DNA of 64,000 nucleotides from Alloacidobacterium sp. (GCA_035547425.1 DASZUU010000050.1:26645-90644), one strand, 5' to 3'; shown: positions 41,794 to 53,153, numbered from the stretch's first letter. Program-made: numbers and translations. Notes: generated by a model from the sequence alone, not told the origin.

Positions 41794-42069
41794 CTACACC
41801 ATTTGGTGAACGCGCTTGGCAGCCGAATCGTAAACGCTTCCGGCGGTATCGATGGCATCTTCGACTACATTCCTTCCTGCTTTATAAGCTTTGGTGGCGT
41901 GGTCGCTAATCGTGTCCGCAGCATCTTTTACGTAGTCAGAGGCATCTTCAAGCCGCCGGCGGACTTGTTTTCTCGTCTTTTCGCCGGTTTGTGGCGCGTA
42001 CAGGAGCGCGACGGCTGCACCTGCTGCAACTCCAATGGTAAAAACGGTCCAGAATTTCACTGCGTTCAT
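41794..42069 (-). CDS. YtxH domain protein
   Basis: GVAAGAAVALLYAPQTGEKTRK. Confidence 0.9.
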   Translation of the reverse strand: MNAVKFWTVFTIGVAAGAAVALLYAPQTGEKTRKQVRRRLEDASDYVKDAADTISDHATKAYKAGRNVVEDAIDTAGSVYDSAAKRVHQMV

Positions 42070-42284
42070 GTTTCGCTCCTATGCGTAAAGTCTACCCGCA
42101 TTGAGATACGCCTTCTCCCTCAGAGGTTGCTGGTAATCGAATGCTCGACAGTTGCGTCTATTAAAATAAAAGAGTTAGCTTTTCCAATAAGCAGATTACG
42201 AATGACCGATTGCTTTTTCTTTTTCCCGGATCATCCAACACGCTTTTTCCAGAATGCGCTTCCACTTCCATCCGGAATCAGCAG

Positions 42285-43853
42285 ATGAGCAAAACCCAAA
42301 CCGCCATTATTATCGGGGCTGGTCCTGCTGGGCTTACTGCGGCGTTGGAGTTCCTTCGTCGCTCGGATATCCGTCCTATTGTGCTTGAAGCCAGCCAGGA
42401 AATCGGCGGCATCTCGCGGACTGTGCGGTACAAAGGCAACCGCATGGATATCGGCGGACACCGGTTCTTCTCGAAATCTGATCGTGTCATGGATTGGTGG
42501 GCGGAACTGATGCCTATCAGCGCGGAAGAAAACGGCAATGGCGATCATTCCATTCATTATCAGAATAAAAAGCGAACCGTTTCGACTTCGGAAGCAGCAG
42601 ACGATCCTGACCTGGTAATGCTGGTGCGTCCGCGCAAAAGCCGCATTTATTTCCTGCGCACTTTCTTTGATTACCCCTTAAGCCTGAGCGGCAAAACGCT
42701 GCACCAACTGGGCCTATGGCGCATGCTGAAGATTGGCGCGAGCTACATACGTGCGCGCCTCTTTCCCCGCAAGCAGGAAGACACGCTCGAAGACTTCCTG
42801 ATCAATCGCTTTGGCGAAGAACTTTATCTCACTTTTTTTAAATCGTATACAGAAAAGGTCTGGGGAGTTCCCTGCGACCACATCAGTGCAGCCTGGGGAG
42901 CACAACGCATCAAGGGCTTATCGCTGCGCAGCGCAATCGCCCATTTTTTCCAGAAGACATTCAACCGCAAGCGGATGAATGATATTTCGCAGAAGGAGAC
43001 GGAAACTTCGCTCATAGAGAAGTTTCTCTATCCTAAATATGGTCCGGGACAACTTTGGGAACACGTGGCCCAATTGGTGACAGAAAAGGGCGGCTGTGTG
43101 CAGCTTGGCTGGCGCGTTAACAAGCTCCACGTAGAGAATGACCGCATTGTCGGGGTAGAAGCGGCGAATGCTGCAGGCGAAGCACGCCGATATGCTGCCG
43201 ATTATGTCTTCTCTACCATGCCGGTGCGCGAGCTGATCAACAGCCTGGATGTGTCCGTTCCCGATGAGATTCGAGCCATTAGCGATGGTCTGGTTTACCG
43301 CGACTTCCTTACCGTCGGTTTGCTGGTGAACAAGCTGCTTGTGACAGAGCCCAACGGCTCGCCGCTGAAGGATACGTGGATCTATATTCAGGAGCCGGAT
43401 GTCCAAGTGGGACGGCTCCAGATATTCAATAACTGGAGTCCCTATCTGGTGGCCGATCCCAGCAAGGTCTGGATCGGTCTCGAATATTTTTGTTACGACT
43501 CCGACGCGTTGTGGCACATGACCGATGACGACATTAAGAAGTTTGCTATAGCCGAAGTTGAAAAGATCGGCATTCTGAAATCATCGGATGTAATCGATGC
43601 TCATGTTGTTCGCGTGCCAAAAACATATCCGGCATATTTTGGCACGTATGACCGCTTCGACGAGATCATTCGCTATATGGGCCGCTTCGAGAATCTCTTC
43701 CTTGTTGGCCGCAACGGCATGCACAAGTACAACAATCAGGACCACTCCATGCTGACCGCCATGACCGCAGTGGACAACATCATTGCCGGCAATATGGATA
43801 AAAGCGGACTCTGGGAAATCAACACTGAACAGGAATATCACGAAGAGAAGTAG
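42285..43853 (+). CDS. FAD-dependent oxidoreductase (protoporphyrinogen oxidase/amine oxidase-like)
   Basis: [41 protein letters not shown]. Confidence 0.85.
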   Translation: MSKTQTAIIIGAGPAGLTAALEFLRRSDIRPIVLEASQEIGGISRTVRYKGNRMDIGGHRFFSKSDRVMDWWAELMPISAEENGNGDHSIHYQNKKRTVSTSEAADDPDLVMLVRPRKSRIYFLRTFFDYPLSLSGKTLHQLGLWRMLKIGASYIRARLFPRKQEDTLEDFLINRFGEELYLTFFKSYTEKVWGVPCDHISAAWGAQRIKGLSLRSAIAHFFQKTFNRKRMNDISQKETETSLIEKFLYPKYGPGQLWEHVAQLVTEKGGCVQLGWRVNKLHVENDRIVGVEAANAAGEARRYAADYVFSTMPVRELINSLDVSVPDEIRAISDGLVYRDFLTVGLLVNKLLVTEPNGSPLKDTWIYIQEPDVQVGRLQIFNNWSPYLVADPSKVWIGLEYFCYDSDALWHMTDDDIKKFAIAEVEKIGILKSSDVIDAHVVRVPKTYPAYFGTYDRFDEIIRYMGRFENLFLVGRNGMHKYNNQDHSMLTAMTAVDNIIAGNMDKSGLWEINTEQEYHEEK

Positions 43854-43894
43854 CGAACCGTGCATAATCATCGGCCGCGGGCGTATGCTGGAGT

Positions 43895-44740
43895 GTGATC
43901 CTGCGCCGGGTATTTCTAATCGCTTCTTTGATTGCCGTCTTCTGCACGGTCGTCTCTGCACAAAGCTCGCCTGCGGATAAGCCGCTGGGCGCATCGGCGC
44001 AATCTACGCCAGCCTATCTCAAGAATGCGGGTATCGATCAGAACCTTAATCATTCCCTGCCCTTGAGCGATCACTTTCAGGACGAGAATGGCAACGATGT
44101 CGCGTTAGGCAGCTACTTCGGGCAAAAGCCGGTCGTGATGGCATTGGTGTACTACAAATGCGGGATGCTCTGCCCCCAGGTTTTGCATGGCCTGGGAAAC
44201 GCCTTGAAGCAAACAGGACTCCATCCGGGGCATGAGTATGAGGTAGTCATTGCCAGCATCGATCCCACTGACAAGCCAGCCGATTCCGTGGAAGCAAAGC
44301 AGCATTTCCTGTCGATGCTGGGCAATCCAGAGGCGGGCAGCAGCGTGCATTTCCTGACCGGCCCGCAGCAGTCCATTACCGATCTCGCACAGGCTACCGG
44401 CTTCCACTATGTGCGCGTACCGGGGCCGGATGGCAAGATGGATCAGTTCGCCCATTCGAGCGTGATCATGATTGCTACGCCGGATGGCCGTATGTCGAAG
44501 TACCTTTCAGGAGTGGAATATCAGCCGCGGGACGTTCGCCTGGCGCTGGTAGAGGCGAGCAACCATAAGATCGGTTCACTGTCCGATATCATCCTGCTCT
44601 ATTGCTGCAACTACACGCCAAGCCAGGGGCGATATACGGTAGCGGTTATGCGTGTGCTGGGGCTGGCTGCAATGGGCTCAGTGTTTATGTTGGTGTTCGT
44701 GGTGTATCTACTGGGGAAAAAGCCGCGTCAGACGGTATAA
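43895..44740 (+). CDS. SCO1/SenC family copper chaperone with C-terminal TM
   Basis: CGMLC (CxxxC), FAHSS (His ligand), C-terminal helix. Confidence 0.88.
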   Translation: MILRRVFLIASLIAVFCTVVSAQSSPADKPLGASAQSTPAYLKNAGIDQNLNHSLPLSDHFQDENGNDVALGSYFGQKPVVMALVYYKCGMLCPQVLHGLGNALKQTGLHPGHEYEVVIASIDPTDKPADSVEAKQHFLSMLGNPEAGSSVHFLTGPQQSITDLAQATGFHYVRVPGPDGKMDQFAHSSVIMIATPDGRMSKYLSGVEYQPRDVRLALVEASNHKIGSLSDIILLYCCNYTPSQGRYTVAVMRVLGLAAMGSVFMLVFVVYLLGKKPRQTV

Positions 44741-44741
44741 G

Positions 44742-45002
44742 CTAACGAGCAGCTCGAACCGGCTTCCGCTGCCGGGGCTTCACTTCGCTATCTTCAGCAG
44801 TCTGAATACCCCCTGATTGCCGGTCCATCCAATCGTCCAATCGCGACTTTTTGAAACGCCAGCGATTTCCAAGCTTAAATGCAGGAATAAAGCTCTCAGA
44901 AGCATATTTATAGAGCGTATCCGGGCTGATTCCTAAATAATCGGCTGCCTGCCGAATATCCATAACTTCCCTGACTTCAATGCGCGCTGCTGCTGTTTTC
45001 AT
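44742..45002 (-). CDS. Excisionase-like HTH (HTH_17) DNA-binding protein
   Basis: MDIRQAADYLGISPDTLYKY...IPAFKLGNRWRFKKSRLDDWM. Confidence 0.85.
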   Translation of the reverse strand: MKTAAARIEVREVMDIRQAADYLGISPDTLYKYASESFIPAFKLGNRWRFKKSRLDDWMDRQSGGIQTAEDSEVKPRQRKPVRAAR

Positions 45003-45221
45003 AGAACAAGCCCTCGTGGATGCAGTTTGCACGGATAAGGTAAAGACCCGGCTCTGTGCTTATATCGTGTTTTCTAGTCTTTATTCAAGAAGTTTTCGCT
45101 AACTTTATGGTTTGTTTCGGGTTTCATATTGCGCCCTTTATAACAGCACTCGATAATAACGAACTTGGTTCATTTCCCGGAATAGATCAAGCAGTACATG
45201 AATATATTTTCGCAACTAAAA

Positions 45222-45252
45222 GAAATAGTTAGGCTTGTAGCCTAACTATTTC
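45222..45252 (-). terminator. Intrinsic terminator after pfkA
   Basis: 13-bp perfect stem gaaatagttaggc/gcctaactatttc followed by tttt on the minus strand. Confidence 0.75.
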
Positions 45253-45272
45253 ATGTTAATGATTGCAATTAA

Positions 45273-46307
45273 TTAAACGCTTGGCTCTAATCCATCAAGA
45301 ATCTGGAGGAAGTTCTCGGTAACCGTGCGGTTCTTGGAGATCGCTTCCGCTATCGGAATATCCTTGATTTCGGTGCCGCGCAGAACGACCAATCGGCCAA
45401 AATTGCCCTGGTGGACCAGGTCGATAGCCGCCAGGCCATAACGGGTGGCAAGCATACGATCGTAAGCCGTGGGAGTACCGCCGCGCTGTGTGTGTCCCAG
45501 GTTGACGGAGCGCGTCTCATAGCCGGTTTTCTCTTCAATGGCTTCTGCCAGCGCCTGACCGATTCCGCTGAGGCGGGCGTGACCGAAGGAATCAACCTTG
45601 GTACCGAGTGTGGCTTGTCCGCCGCCGGGCAGCTTTGCTCCTTCAGCGACCACGACAATACCGTATTTCTTGCCATGATCGTGGTTGTATTTGAGGAGAG
45701 CGCAGACATGGTCAAGATCGATCGGCTTTTCGGGAACGAGCACCACATGAGCATCGCCGGCTACACCAGCAGTCAAAGCAATCCACCCCGCATCGCGGCC
45801 CATGACTTCGCAAACGATGACACGGTTGTGAGCTTCGGCAGTTGTGTGCAGGCGGTCAATTGCCTCAGTCGCAATGGAGACAGCTGTATCGAAACCAAAG
45901 CAGGCATCCGTGCCGTATAGATCGTTATCAATCGTCTTGGGCACGCCTACGCCCGGAACGCCAGCCTGGATGAGTGCATTGGTTACCGATTGAGTATCGT
46001 CACCGCCAATGGCAATCAGGGCATCGATATTGTTGGCCTTCAGTGTGGCTACGCACTTCTCAATGCCGCCTTCGATCTTGCGAACGTTGGTGCGGGAGGT
46101 GCGAAGAATTGTGCCGCCCTGGTCCAGAATGCCATCGATAGATTTCAAGGTTAGCGGAACCGTGTTATTTTCCAGTACGCCGCGCCAGCCTTCAAGAAAA
46201 CCGATACATTCATCGCCATAGTGAAGAATGCCCTTCTTGACAACTGCATGGATGACGGCATTCAGGCCGGGACAATCTCCGCCGCCTGTAAGCAAACCAA
46301 TTCGCAT
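45273..46307 (-). CDS. pfkA: 6-phosphofructokinase
   Basis: LTGGGDCPGLN, IGGDDT, PKTIDND, EVMGRDAGW, LGHTQRGG. Confidence 0.95.
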   Translation of the reverse strand: MRIGLLTGGGDCPGLNAVIHAVVKKGILHYGDECIGFLEGWRGVLENNTVPLTLKSIDGILDQGGTILRTSRTNVRKIEGGIEKCVATLKANNIDALIAIGGDDTQSVTNALIQAGVPGVGVPKTIDNDLYGTDACFGFDTAVSIATEAIDRLHTTAEAHNRVIVCEVMGRDAGWIALTAGVAGDAHVVLVPEKPIDLDHVCALLKYNHDHGKKYGIVVVAEGAKLPGGGQATLGTKVDSFGHARLSGIGQALAEAIEEKTGYETRSVNLGHTQRGGTPTAYDRMLATRYGLAAIDLVHQGNFGRLVVLRGTEIKDIPIAEAISKNRTVTENFLQILDGLEPSV

Positions 46308-46525
46308 CTTTCTGTAACCTCCAAAATTACTCGGGAATGTTCCCTTCACGAAAATCGCGTAGCAACTCTCCACTCGATCATATTCGCTGTATGCGGCAGG
46401 TTACAAATATGAAGCAGCAGATTTTGCTGGCGCAAATATCCGAACATACGTTAATAAATTAAAGCAATGCTTCGCTGCTCGACTTTTCTCTCCGGTTGTT
46501 CACTTTTCTTCGGCAGATATAGATT

Positions 46526-48298
46526 CTAGTCTGCATAAAATGCAGAGATTTGCGCCGCATACTTCTGATTTATGATGCGGCGTTTAAGCTTGAGGCTTGG
46601 TGTCAGTTCGTCCCCTGCAACGGACCATTCTTCGGGAACGATATCGAATCGCTTAATTGTTTCAAACTGAGCAAGCGAGCTGTTCACTTTATCGACAATT
46701 GCCTGATAGTGCGCTTTCACGGTCTGATTTTCAACCAGCTCCCGGCGTGTTGCAGCGTTGATTCCCTGCTGCTTCGCCCAGTCTTCGAGGACCGCAAAAT
46801 TTGGCGAGATAAGCGCGCTTAGGAACTTGTGCTTGTCTCCAACTACAGCTGCCTGGCTAACAAACAAAAATGCCTTGAGCTTGTTTTCGATAGGCTGAGG
46901 CGCGATCAGTTTTCCGCCCGAGGTCTTCAGCAACTCTTTTTTGCGATCTGTGATGTAAAGGAAGCCATCCTCATCGATGCGGCCAATATCGCCGGTTCGG
47001 AACCAGTGGTCTGCATCGAAGGATTCGGCAGTCTCTGTGGGCTTGTGCCAGTAACCGGGAAATACATTCGGACCGCGGACCAGCAGTTCGCCGTCAGCCT
47101 CAATACGGCATTCAACATTAGGAAGCGGCTTACCGACAGAGCCTATTCTGTAGGCGTTGCTAGTGTTGATAGAAAGAACAGGCGAAGTTTCCGTTAAGCC
47201 ATACCCTTCGAGAATACGGATTCCTACATTCGCAAACCAACCGGCTGTGTCCATCCCGAGAGGAGCTCCGCCTGCAATGTAATAACGCACGCGACCACCG
47301 AAGCCTTGGCGAATTTTTTCAAATACCAGCTTGTCTGCCAGCTTCCAGCTAAGAGATGCAGGGGTTTTACCCTCGAGTATGTCTTCTTGATGCTTTTGTC
47401 CTGTGCGGATTGCCCAATTGAAGATTCGCTTTTTCGTAGACGAAGCGGATGCCTGACGTTCTGCCTCCTGCCGTACCTTTTCAAAGACGCGCGGCACGGC
47501 AACCGCAACTGTTGGGCGTATCTCTTTCAGCGCTGCCGGGAGCTTTTCGAAGCTGGGACAATAAGCTACGGTTGCCTGCCTGGTATAAATTGCATAATCC
47601 AGATGACGGGCGGTGACATGGGAGAGCGGCAAGAAGGAGATGCAGGAATCTTCCGGAGAAATATCAAAACCCGCAAGCGAATAATTTAAATTTGAGGCGA
47701 TGTTACCGTGCGTCAGCATCACGCCTTTAGGCTCGCCCGTAGTGCCCGACGTATAGATGAGGGTGGCGAGATCGATGGGAGCAACATCATACGCAGTGCG
47801 ATCGAAAGCAACATCGCGCTCTGCGCCTCTCAGGTCAGCATCCTTCAGCAGCGACGACATCAGCACTGCGTCAGCCACTCCTGCATCATCCATGATGACG
47901 ATGCGTTCTATGCTGGTTTTATCGCGTACAGCAGCTACTTTGTCATATTGTTGCCGGGACGATACGACAGCAACACGAGCGCCGGAATCGGCGAGCAGCA
48001 AACCTATCTGTTCCGATGTCAAAGTGGGATAAATGGGAACATCGACTGCGCCTATGGAGAGAGCAGCGAAATCCGTAACCGCCCACTCCCAGCTATTTTC
48101 AGCAAGGATGGCGACGCGGTCGCCTTTTTGGATTCCCCATTCTGAAAGCTTTTCCGCAAAAGCGCGAACCCGTTGATATATCTGGACGCTGGACAGGGGT
48201 TGCCATTTACCTGCCGCATCCACATATAAGACAGCGCGTGCGCGTGACCCGGTAGCTGCCAGGAAGAAGACATCGTTGAGTGTTTTGAGTTCGGGCAC
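46526..48298 (-). CDS. Long-chain fatty acid--CoA ligase
   Basis: YTSGTTGEPKG, GYGLTE, FRTGD, RKKELLKTSGGK; probable GTG start at 48298. Confidence 0.92.
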   Translation of the reverse strand: MPELKTLNDVFFLAATGSRARAVLYVDAAGKWQPLSSVQIYQRVRAFAEKLSEWGIQKGDRVAILAENSWEWAVTDFAALSIGAVDVPIYPTLTSEQIGLLLADSGARVAVVSSRQQYDKVAAVRDKTSIERIVIMDDAGVADAVLMSSLLKDADLRGAERDVAFDRTAYDVAPIDLATLIYTSGTTGEPKGVMLTHGNIASNLNYSLAGFDISPEDSCISFLPLSHVTARHLDYAIYTRQATVAYCPSFEKLPAALKEIRPTVAVAVPRVFEKVRQEAERQASASSTKKRIFNWAIRTGQKHQEDILEGKTPASLSWKLADKLVFEKIRQGFGGRVRYYIAGGAPLGMDTAGWFANVGIRILEGYGLTETSPVLSINTSNAYRIGSVGKPLPNVECRIEADGELLVRGPNVFPGYWHKPTETAESFDADHWFRTGDIGRIDEDGFLYITDRKKELLKTSGGKLIAPQPIENKLKAFLFVSQAAVVGDKHKFLSALISPNFAVLEDWAKQQGINAATRRELVENQTVKAHYQAIVDKVNSSLAQFETIKRFDIVPEEWSVAGDELTPSLKLKRRIINQKYAAQISAFYAD

Positions 48299-48379
48299 AA
48301 GAAATATCCAGACTGACTCGACCAATCTAACGGAGCAGCAGGAAATTGCCAAGCCGCTCTTTCGTTTTCCGGTTAAGTC

Positions 48380-49591
48380 TCATTTCGGCGGATCAGCATC
48401 GTCAGGATGAGAACGCGTTGATTCGACGCGCATGTCATGGAAGATTTTTTCCAGCTTATCCTTCATGCTTTTGTACTTCTTATAAGCATCGATTTCTTGG
48501 TTTGCAGCTTCAGTATTGCCCTGGCGGCGATACAAAGCGGCTAATCGATAGTGAGCAACATAGTTTGTCGGATCGATTTCGATAGCATGTTTCAGTAATT
48601 GCTCCGCTTTCTGATTCTGATTCATGGAAACAAGCAGTTTAGCCAGCTCCAGATCTATATCGCTGTCATCAGGCTGCAACTCGTAAGCGCGGGATTCATA
48701 GTCATAGGCAGTCTTTGTGTCTTCTCGCTTTGAAGCGATGATCCCCAGCATGAGCATGGCTTTGGCATTAGCTGGGTTTTTGGCCAATGATGCTTTAAAT
48801 TCCGCCTCTGCCTGGGATCGTAAAGCATCTTCTGTCGAGTTATAGAGCAGCTCACCCAACTCAAAATCCGCATCGGAAAGATTCGGATTGATGCGCAGTG
48901 CTTCGCGATAATTTGCAATAGCTGCGGCCTGATCGTCATGCCTTGCCAGCTCGCGCGCCATGATCTGATGCATCTGCGCGCTATCGGGCGCGGCAAGCGC
49001 CATGGTCAGCATTGTCTTCTCCGCCAGATCAGAATACAGACGATAGGCAGTGTATAGGAGCGAGACATTCGTTGGTTGCGCCGCCAGTAAAGTTGATGTC
49101 ACTGTCGCTGCTTTTTCGAGTTCGCCTGTGGCGCTATAGCTGTCGATCAACGCAAGTCCCACATCGTTCTTAAACTTTTCTTCTGTCAACTGGGGAAATG
49201 CGGCCTCCAGATCCCTTTGACCCGCCGTAGTATTTTTCATATGCATTTCGGCCAAGCCAAGGAGAGCACGAATCTTCCACAAAGTCGGCTGTTGCTGAAC
49301 AGCGGCGCTTAAGTGCGGAACTGCTCCGGCCGCATCGCCACGAAAGAACAGAAGCACGCCTAGATTTCCCTGGGCGTCGGCATTCTGAGGATCGAGCGAT
49401 ACGATGGATTGAAATTCTGGAATCGCAAGATCAGGCCGCTTTTCCTGCAAATACGCATGCGCTTTCTGCGAGTGCAGTTGAATTTCCTGTTGCGTTTTAT
49501 TCTCTGCCTGCGAAAACGAGACAATAGAGGTAAAAATCAAAATCAATCCGCAGCAAAGAAAGCGTGGTTTGGCGACGGTCATAGCATTCAA
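48380..49591 (-). CDS. Secreted tetratricopeptide repeat protein
   Basis: Signal peptide and multiple TPR-like helices. Confidence 0.85.
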   Translation of the reverse strand: MNAMTVAKPRFLCCGLILIFTSIVSFSQAENKTQQEIQLHSQKAHAYLQEKRPDLAIPEFQSIVSLDPQNADAQGNLGVLLFFRGDAAGAVPHLSAAVQQQPTLWKIRALLGLAEMHMKNTTAGQRDLEAAFPQLTEEKFKNDVGLALIDSYSATGELEKAATVTSTLLAAQPTNVSLLYTAYRLYSDLAEKTMLTMALAAPDSAQMHQIMARELARHDDQAAAIANYREALRINPNLSDADFELGELLYNSTEDALRSQAEAEFKASLAKNPANAKAMLMLGIIASKREDTKTAYDYESRAYELQPDDSDIDLELAKLLVSMNQNQKAEQLLKHAIEIDPTNYVAHYRLAALYRRQGNTEAANQEIDAYKKYKSMKDKLEKIFHDMRVESTRSHPDDADPPK

Positions 49592-49611
49592 ATCATATAC
49601 AGTGCAGAGGT

Positions 49612-49646
49612 TAAAAAAGAAAGAGACGGCACGGAATGCCGTCTCT
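49612..49646 (-). terminator. Intrinsic terminator between the TonB receptor and TPR genes
   Basis: 10-bp stem agagacggca/tgccgtctct followed by ttctttttt on the minus strand. Confidence 0.75.
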
Positions 49647-49669
49647 CAGGACTACAGGGAGGTTCAAAA

Positions 49670-52600
49670 TCAGAAGGACACGCGAGCGGTTAACTGCATC
49701 GTACGTCCACCCACGGTTGTGGAGTTGATTTGCTGTGAAAAGAGCGTTTCAGGAAATGGCTGTCCAGGAGCTGCACCCGACAAGCTGCTTTGAGGCACCC
49801 CAAAGCTCGGATGATTGAATGCGTTGGTTGCATCAGCACGCAACTGGAATTTCAGATTTTCCCAGATGGAAAAGCTCTTACCTAACGATAAATCTACTCG
49901 GTTCAGGCCGGGGCCGTAGAGGCTATTACGCCGTACGTTTCCAAAGGTGCCATTCAGCGGCTGAGAAAATGCCGCTGGGTTATACCATTCGTAAATCGTA
50001 CGATGCCTTGGAACAGGATTAATGCCCGTAGCATTCGGATACTGTGAACCGGATAAGGCGAAATTGTTATTGGCTGCAAGAGGAGTAAATGGATTACCGG
50101 TGGATAAAACCAGTGTACCTGCCAACTGCCAGCCCCCAATCGCACTATCCAGCCAGTGATTGCTGTTGAGATACCGTCTGCCTATACCAAAAGGAAGATC
50201 GTAAACAGCATATCCTTTGAAGGCGTTACGTACATCGAAGTTCGAGCTGCCGTAATTTGCCGATGGATCATAAGCATTTTGATATAACTGATCGCCCGAA
50301 CGGCTGCCCCACCCCGATGAATCCTGGTCATCGAGCATATGCGACCAGACATAGTTGAAATTAAAGCTAAGGCCGGAGGTAAATCTTTTTGTTATAGAAG
50401 CTTGTAGTGAATTGTAGTTTGAGATTGCGTTGTTTGTGCTTCCTTGAATGGTTCCATAATTCGGATTCGGACGATCGCCGCTATCATTTTGCGATAGCTT
50501 GCTTTCGGGCACTTGATTGATGTCTACAGGAAAGTTCAGGTTCAAGCCATGACTGCCGACGTAGGCTATTTCACCCACCATATTGGTGCCAATCGAACGC
50601 TGAACTGCAAAGTTCCATTGATAGATTTTAGGAATGGGCGTATGGAATTGATTGTAATCGGCATTTGTTCCATTGAAGCGGGCTGGATCAGTCGATGCAG
50701 CAGTATAAGGCAGGTTAGCGCCATCGCTATCAAGTAGCACAACCGGTGTGATGCCGTTGGTTTGGTCAGAGATGCTGCCCGAAGAAGCTACCGAATTCCC
50801 CATACCCGCGCCATAGGTATCCAGGCTCCAGTTATAGGCATAAATACCAAAGCCGCCCCGGATGGTGGTAGTAGGAACCGGCAGCCATGAAAAGCCAACG
50901 CGCGGAAGCACTGTGTCATAGACGTCGGCCTGTAAAGCGTGGCGTCCATGTGCCCCTGTTTCACCAAACCAGTAGGCGCCGAGCGTGTTTGTGGCAGGAT
51001 TGATAACTTCCGGATCAAAAACTGCCATATTGTTGCGTACTTCATTCCATCCATGGCGAATCTGATAACGAAGACCAAGATTAATCGTTAAGTTTGGCTT
51101 GACCTTGAAATCATCCTGGACAAACATCTGAATATCTTTCAGTCGGCCACCATATTCAGGTGATACCTTTGCGTTCCAGTTATTTGCCTGACCGAGAAGG
51201 AAATCTGCATAGTTTAAGCCTGTAGATGTATCAGGCGAGGCAACACCATTTGAATCCAGCTTCCAGTTTTGCGTGTACTGACCGCTGAAATTCATCGTTC
51301 CGGCATTCGTGTTACCCCACGCCGTGGAGTTGTCGCGATAAATCAGCATCTCTCCGCCGAAGTGAAGAATATGTTTGCCGCGAATCATTGTTACGACATC
51401 GGAGGGATCAAAGACATGCTCTTTATAGACAGCGTTGGCGCTGGGCTGAATCCACGCATAAGGATATGGAGGCCCAAACTGGATCGCAGGAAAATCGTCG
51501 GCTTTCGCAAATTCCCAGCCCAGTTGCGAGGCATAACCTTTATTCAAGGCAAGATCGCCAAAAAAATTGCCTTGCCATGTATATCCCAGCCTGGCTTCAT
51601 TGATCGTGGTAGAACTGATGTTCCAAACATCGGTGATTTGTGCGTTGTTGTTATCCACATCGCCGGACTGGCAGCCGATTGGGCAAGCAGTAACTGAGTT
51701 TGGATACACAACGGGAGTATCGCTCTGGGTATCCGACATTGTCAGACGGTTGTTCGGAGTAATGTCGTAATCGAGGCGACCAAAAAACTTTCTATACGGC
51801 GTGGACTGGGGCAGGCTGGAATAGAAATTATTCTGCAACAGACCAACAGAGTTTAGATTTCCCGGAACAAACATTCCGCCTGCGATGTGGTTGTCAGGCG
51901 TGGGGTAAAACTTCTGGAAAGCAGCAGCCACAGAGTCGAACATGGATGCCGGGATGGCATTGGAACCATATTCCTCGAGGAACGATTTACGAATCGGATA
52001 CGGATTGCCTTTCGCATCATGTCCAATGGTCTGCGTAGTGGGATCGTAGATCAGCGGCTGACCGGTGAAATCACCAGCTAAAACACTGGCGGTCGGTACC
52101 GTATTGTAAGAATTGCTCGCCGAACCATGATCGATTGTCTGGTCATAGTTGAAGTAAAAGAACATCTTCCGGCGAAGAATTGGCCCGCCGATTGAACCGC
52201 CAAAATTGTTATAGCGAAGAAACGGAACAGTTACCTTGTTGCCGAAGCCATAGTTTGCGGCATTCAAGGTGTCGTTTTGAAAATAGTCGTAAGCAGAGCC
52301 ATGGAATTGGTTGGTGCCGCCCTTACTAATCTGATTGAAAACGACTCCGCCGATACCGTACTGAGCTGAAAATGCAGAGGTCGAAATCTGTAGCTCCGAA
52401 ACGGTTTCCATAATGGCAGGGTTCGCGTTCTGGCTATGCGACAATGTTGTCGATGCGCCGTCGGCAAGAACATTGCTGTAAGGAAGGTTGCCGTTTACCG
52501 CCACAACCTGTCCCGGATTGGATGAGCCTTGGCTGCCCTTTGGAGTTCCGGATGCCCCGGGCAGCAAAATGGTGAAGTTTTCCCAATCCTGACCGACCTG

Positions 52601-53038
52601 AGGCAACTGAGACATGGACTTGTAATCCAGTGTCGTCGATTGTTCGCCATTTTCAGTTTTTAGCAGAGGCACATCGGTGTTGACGACTACGGATTGGCTG
52701 ATAGAGCCGATCTTCAGTTGCGCGTTTACGGTCGTAAACCCCACTTGAAGAGTAATCGGGCCGCGCACCAGTTGTTCAAAGCCATCTTTGGAAAAAGTGA
52801 CTTTGTAATTCCCTGTCACGATTGAAGATGTGTCGAATAGTCCTTCACTGTTCGTTACAAAGTCTTTGGAAACGCCGGTGTCAACATTTAAGACCGAGAC
52901 TTTTACGTCAGGGATTAATGCCCCGGTCGTATCGGTAACTGTTCCGCGAATGTCTCCGGCATTCATGCTCTGCGCAAAGCCATTTACTGCCGAAAGAACT
53001 AACGCAAGCGCAAAACAGCCGCGAATGATCTTCCACAT
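49670..53038 (-). CDS. TonB-dependent receptor with N-terminal carboxypeptidase-regulatory-like domain
   Basis: GDIRGTVTDTTGA, FSAQYG, KGGTNQFHGSAYDY, C-terminal RTMQLTARVSF; GGAGG SD. Confidence 0.92.
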   Translation of the reverse strand: MWKIIRGCFALALVLSAVNGFAQSMNAGDIRGTVTDTTGALIPDVKVSVLNVDTGVSKDFVTNSEGLFDTSSIVTGNYKVTFSKDGFEQLVRGPITLQVGFTTVNAQLKIGSISQSVVVNTDVPLLKTENGEQSTTLDYKSMSQLPQVGQDWENFTILLPGASGTPKGSQGSSNPGQVVAVNGNLPYSNVLADGASTTLSHSQNANPAIMETVSELQISTSAFSAQYGIGGVVFNQISKGGTNQFHGSAYDYFQNDTLNAANYGFGNKVTVPFLRYNNFGGSIGGPILRRKMFFYFNYDQTIDHGSASNSYNTVPTASVLAGDFTGQPLIYDPTTQTIGHDAKGNPYPIRKSFLEEYGSNAIPASMFDSVAAAFQKFYPTPDNHIAGGMFVPGNLNSVGLLQNNFYSSLPQSTPYRKFFGRLDYDITPNNRLTMSDTQSDTPVVYPNSVTACPIGCQSGDVDNNNAQITDVWNISSTTINEARLGYTWQGNFFGDLALNKGYASQLGWEFAKADDFPAIQFGPPYPYAWIQPSANAVYKEHVFDPSDVVTMIRGKHILHFGGEMLIYRDNSTAWGNTNAGTMNFSGQYTQNWKLDSNGVASPDTSTGLNYADFLLGQANNWNAKVSPEYGGRLKDIQMFVQDDFKVKPNLTINLGLRYQIRHGWNEVRNNMAVFDPEVINPATNTLGAYWFGETGAHGRHALQADVYDTVLPRVGFSWLPVPTTTIRGGFGIYAYNWSLDTYGAGMGNSVASSGSISDQTNGITPVVLLDSDGANLPYTAASTDPARFNGTNADYNQFHTPIPKIYQWNFAVQRSIGTNMVGEIAYVGSHGLNLNFPVDINQVPESKLSQNDSGDRPNPNYGTIQGSTNNAISNYNSLQASITKRFTSGLSFNFNYVWSHMLDDQDSSGWGSRSGDQLYQNAYDPSANYGSSNFDVRNAFKGYAVYDLPFGIGRRYLNSNHWLDSAIGGWQLAGTLVLSTGNPFTPLAANNNFALSGSQYPNATGINPVPRHRTIYEWYNPAAFSQPLNGTFGNVRRNSLYGPGLNRVDLSLGKSFSIWENLKFQLRADATNAFNHPSFGVPQSSLSGAAPGQPFPETLFSQQINSTTVGGRTMQLTARVSF

Positions 53039-53153
53039 ATTAGCCTCCTGAAAGGTACTGCACATATAGGTTTTCGTTCTTCTATGAAGCTCACGAAAAC
53101 TGTTCTTGTTAAGCTGCGATTATGCGCGACGCCGGACAAACAATTTTCTGAAG

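Noticed and set aside
44742-45002. Excisionase as evidence of a prophage or ICE
   Set aside because: No integrase, att repeats or phage genes; this HTH family is often a stand-alone regulator.
46430-46470. Possible dif site (tccgaacatacgttaataaatt)
   Set aside because: Poor match to both XerC and XerD arms.
51651-51659. Perfect DnaA box TTATCCACA
   Set aside because: Single copy inside a CDS with no cluster or unwinding element.
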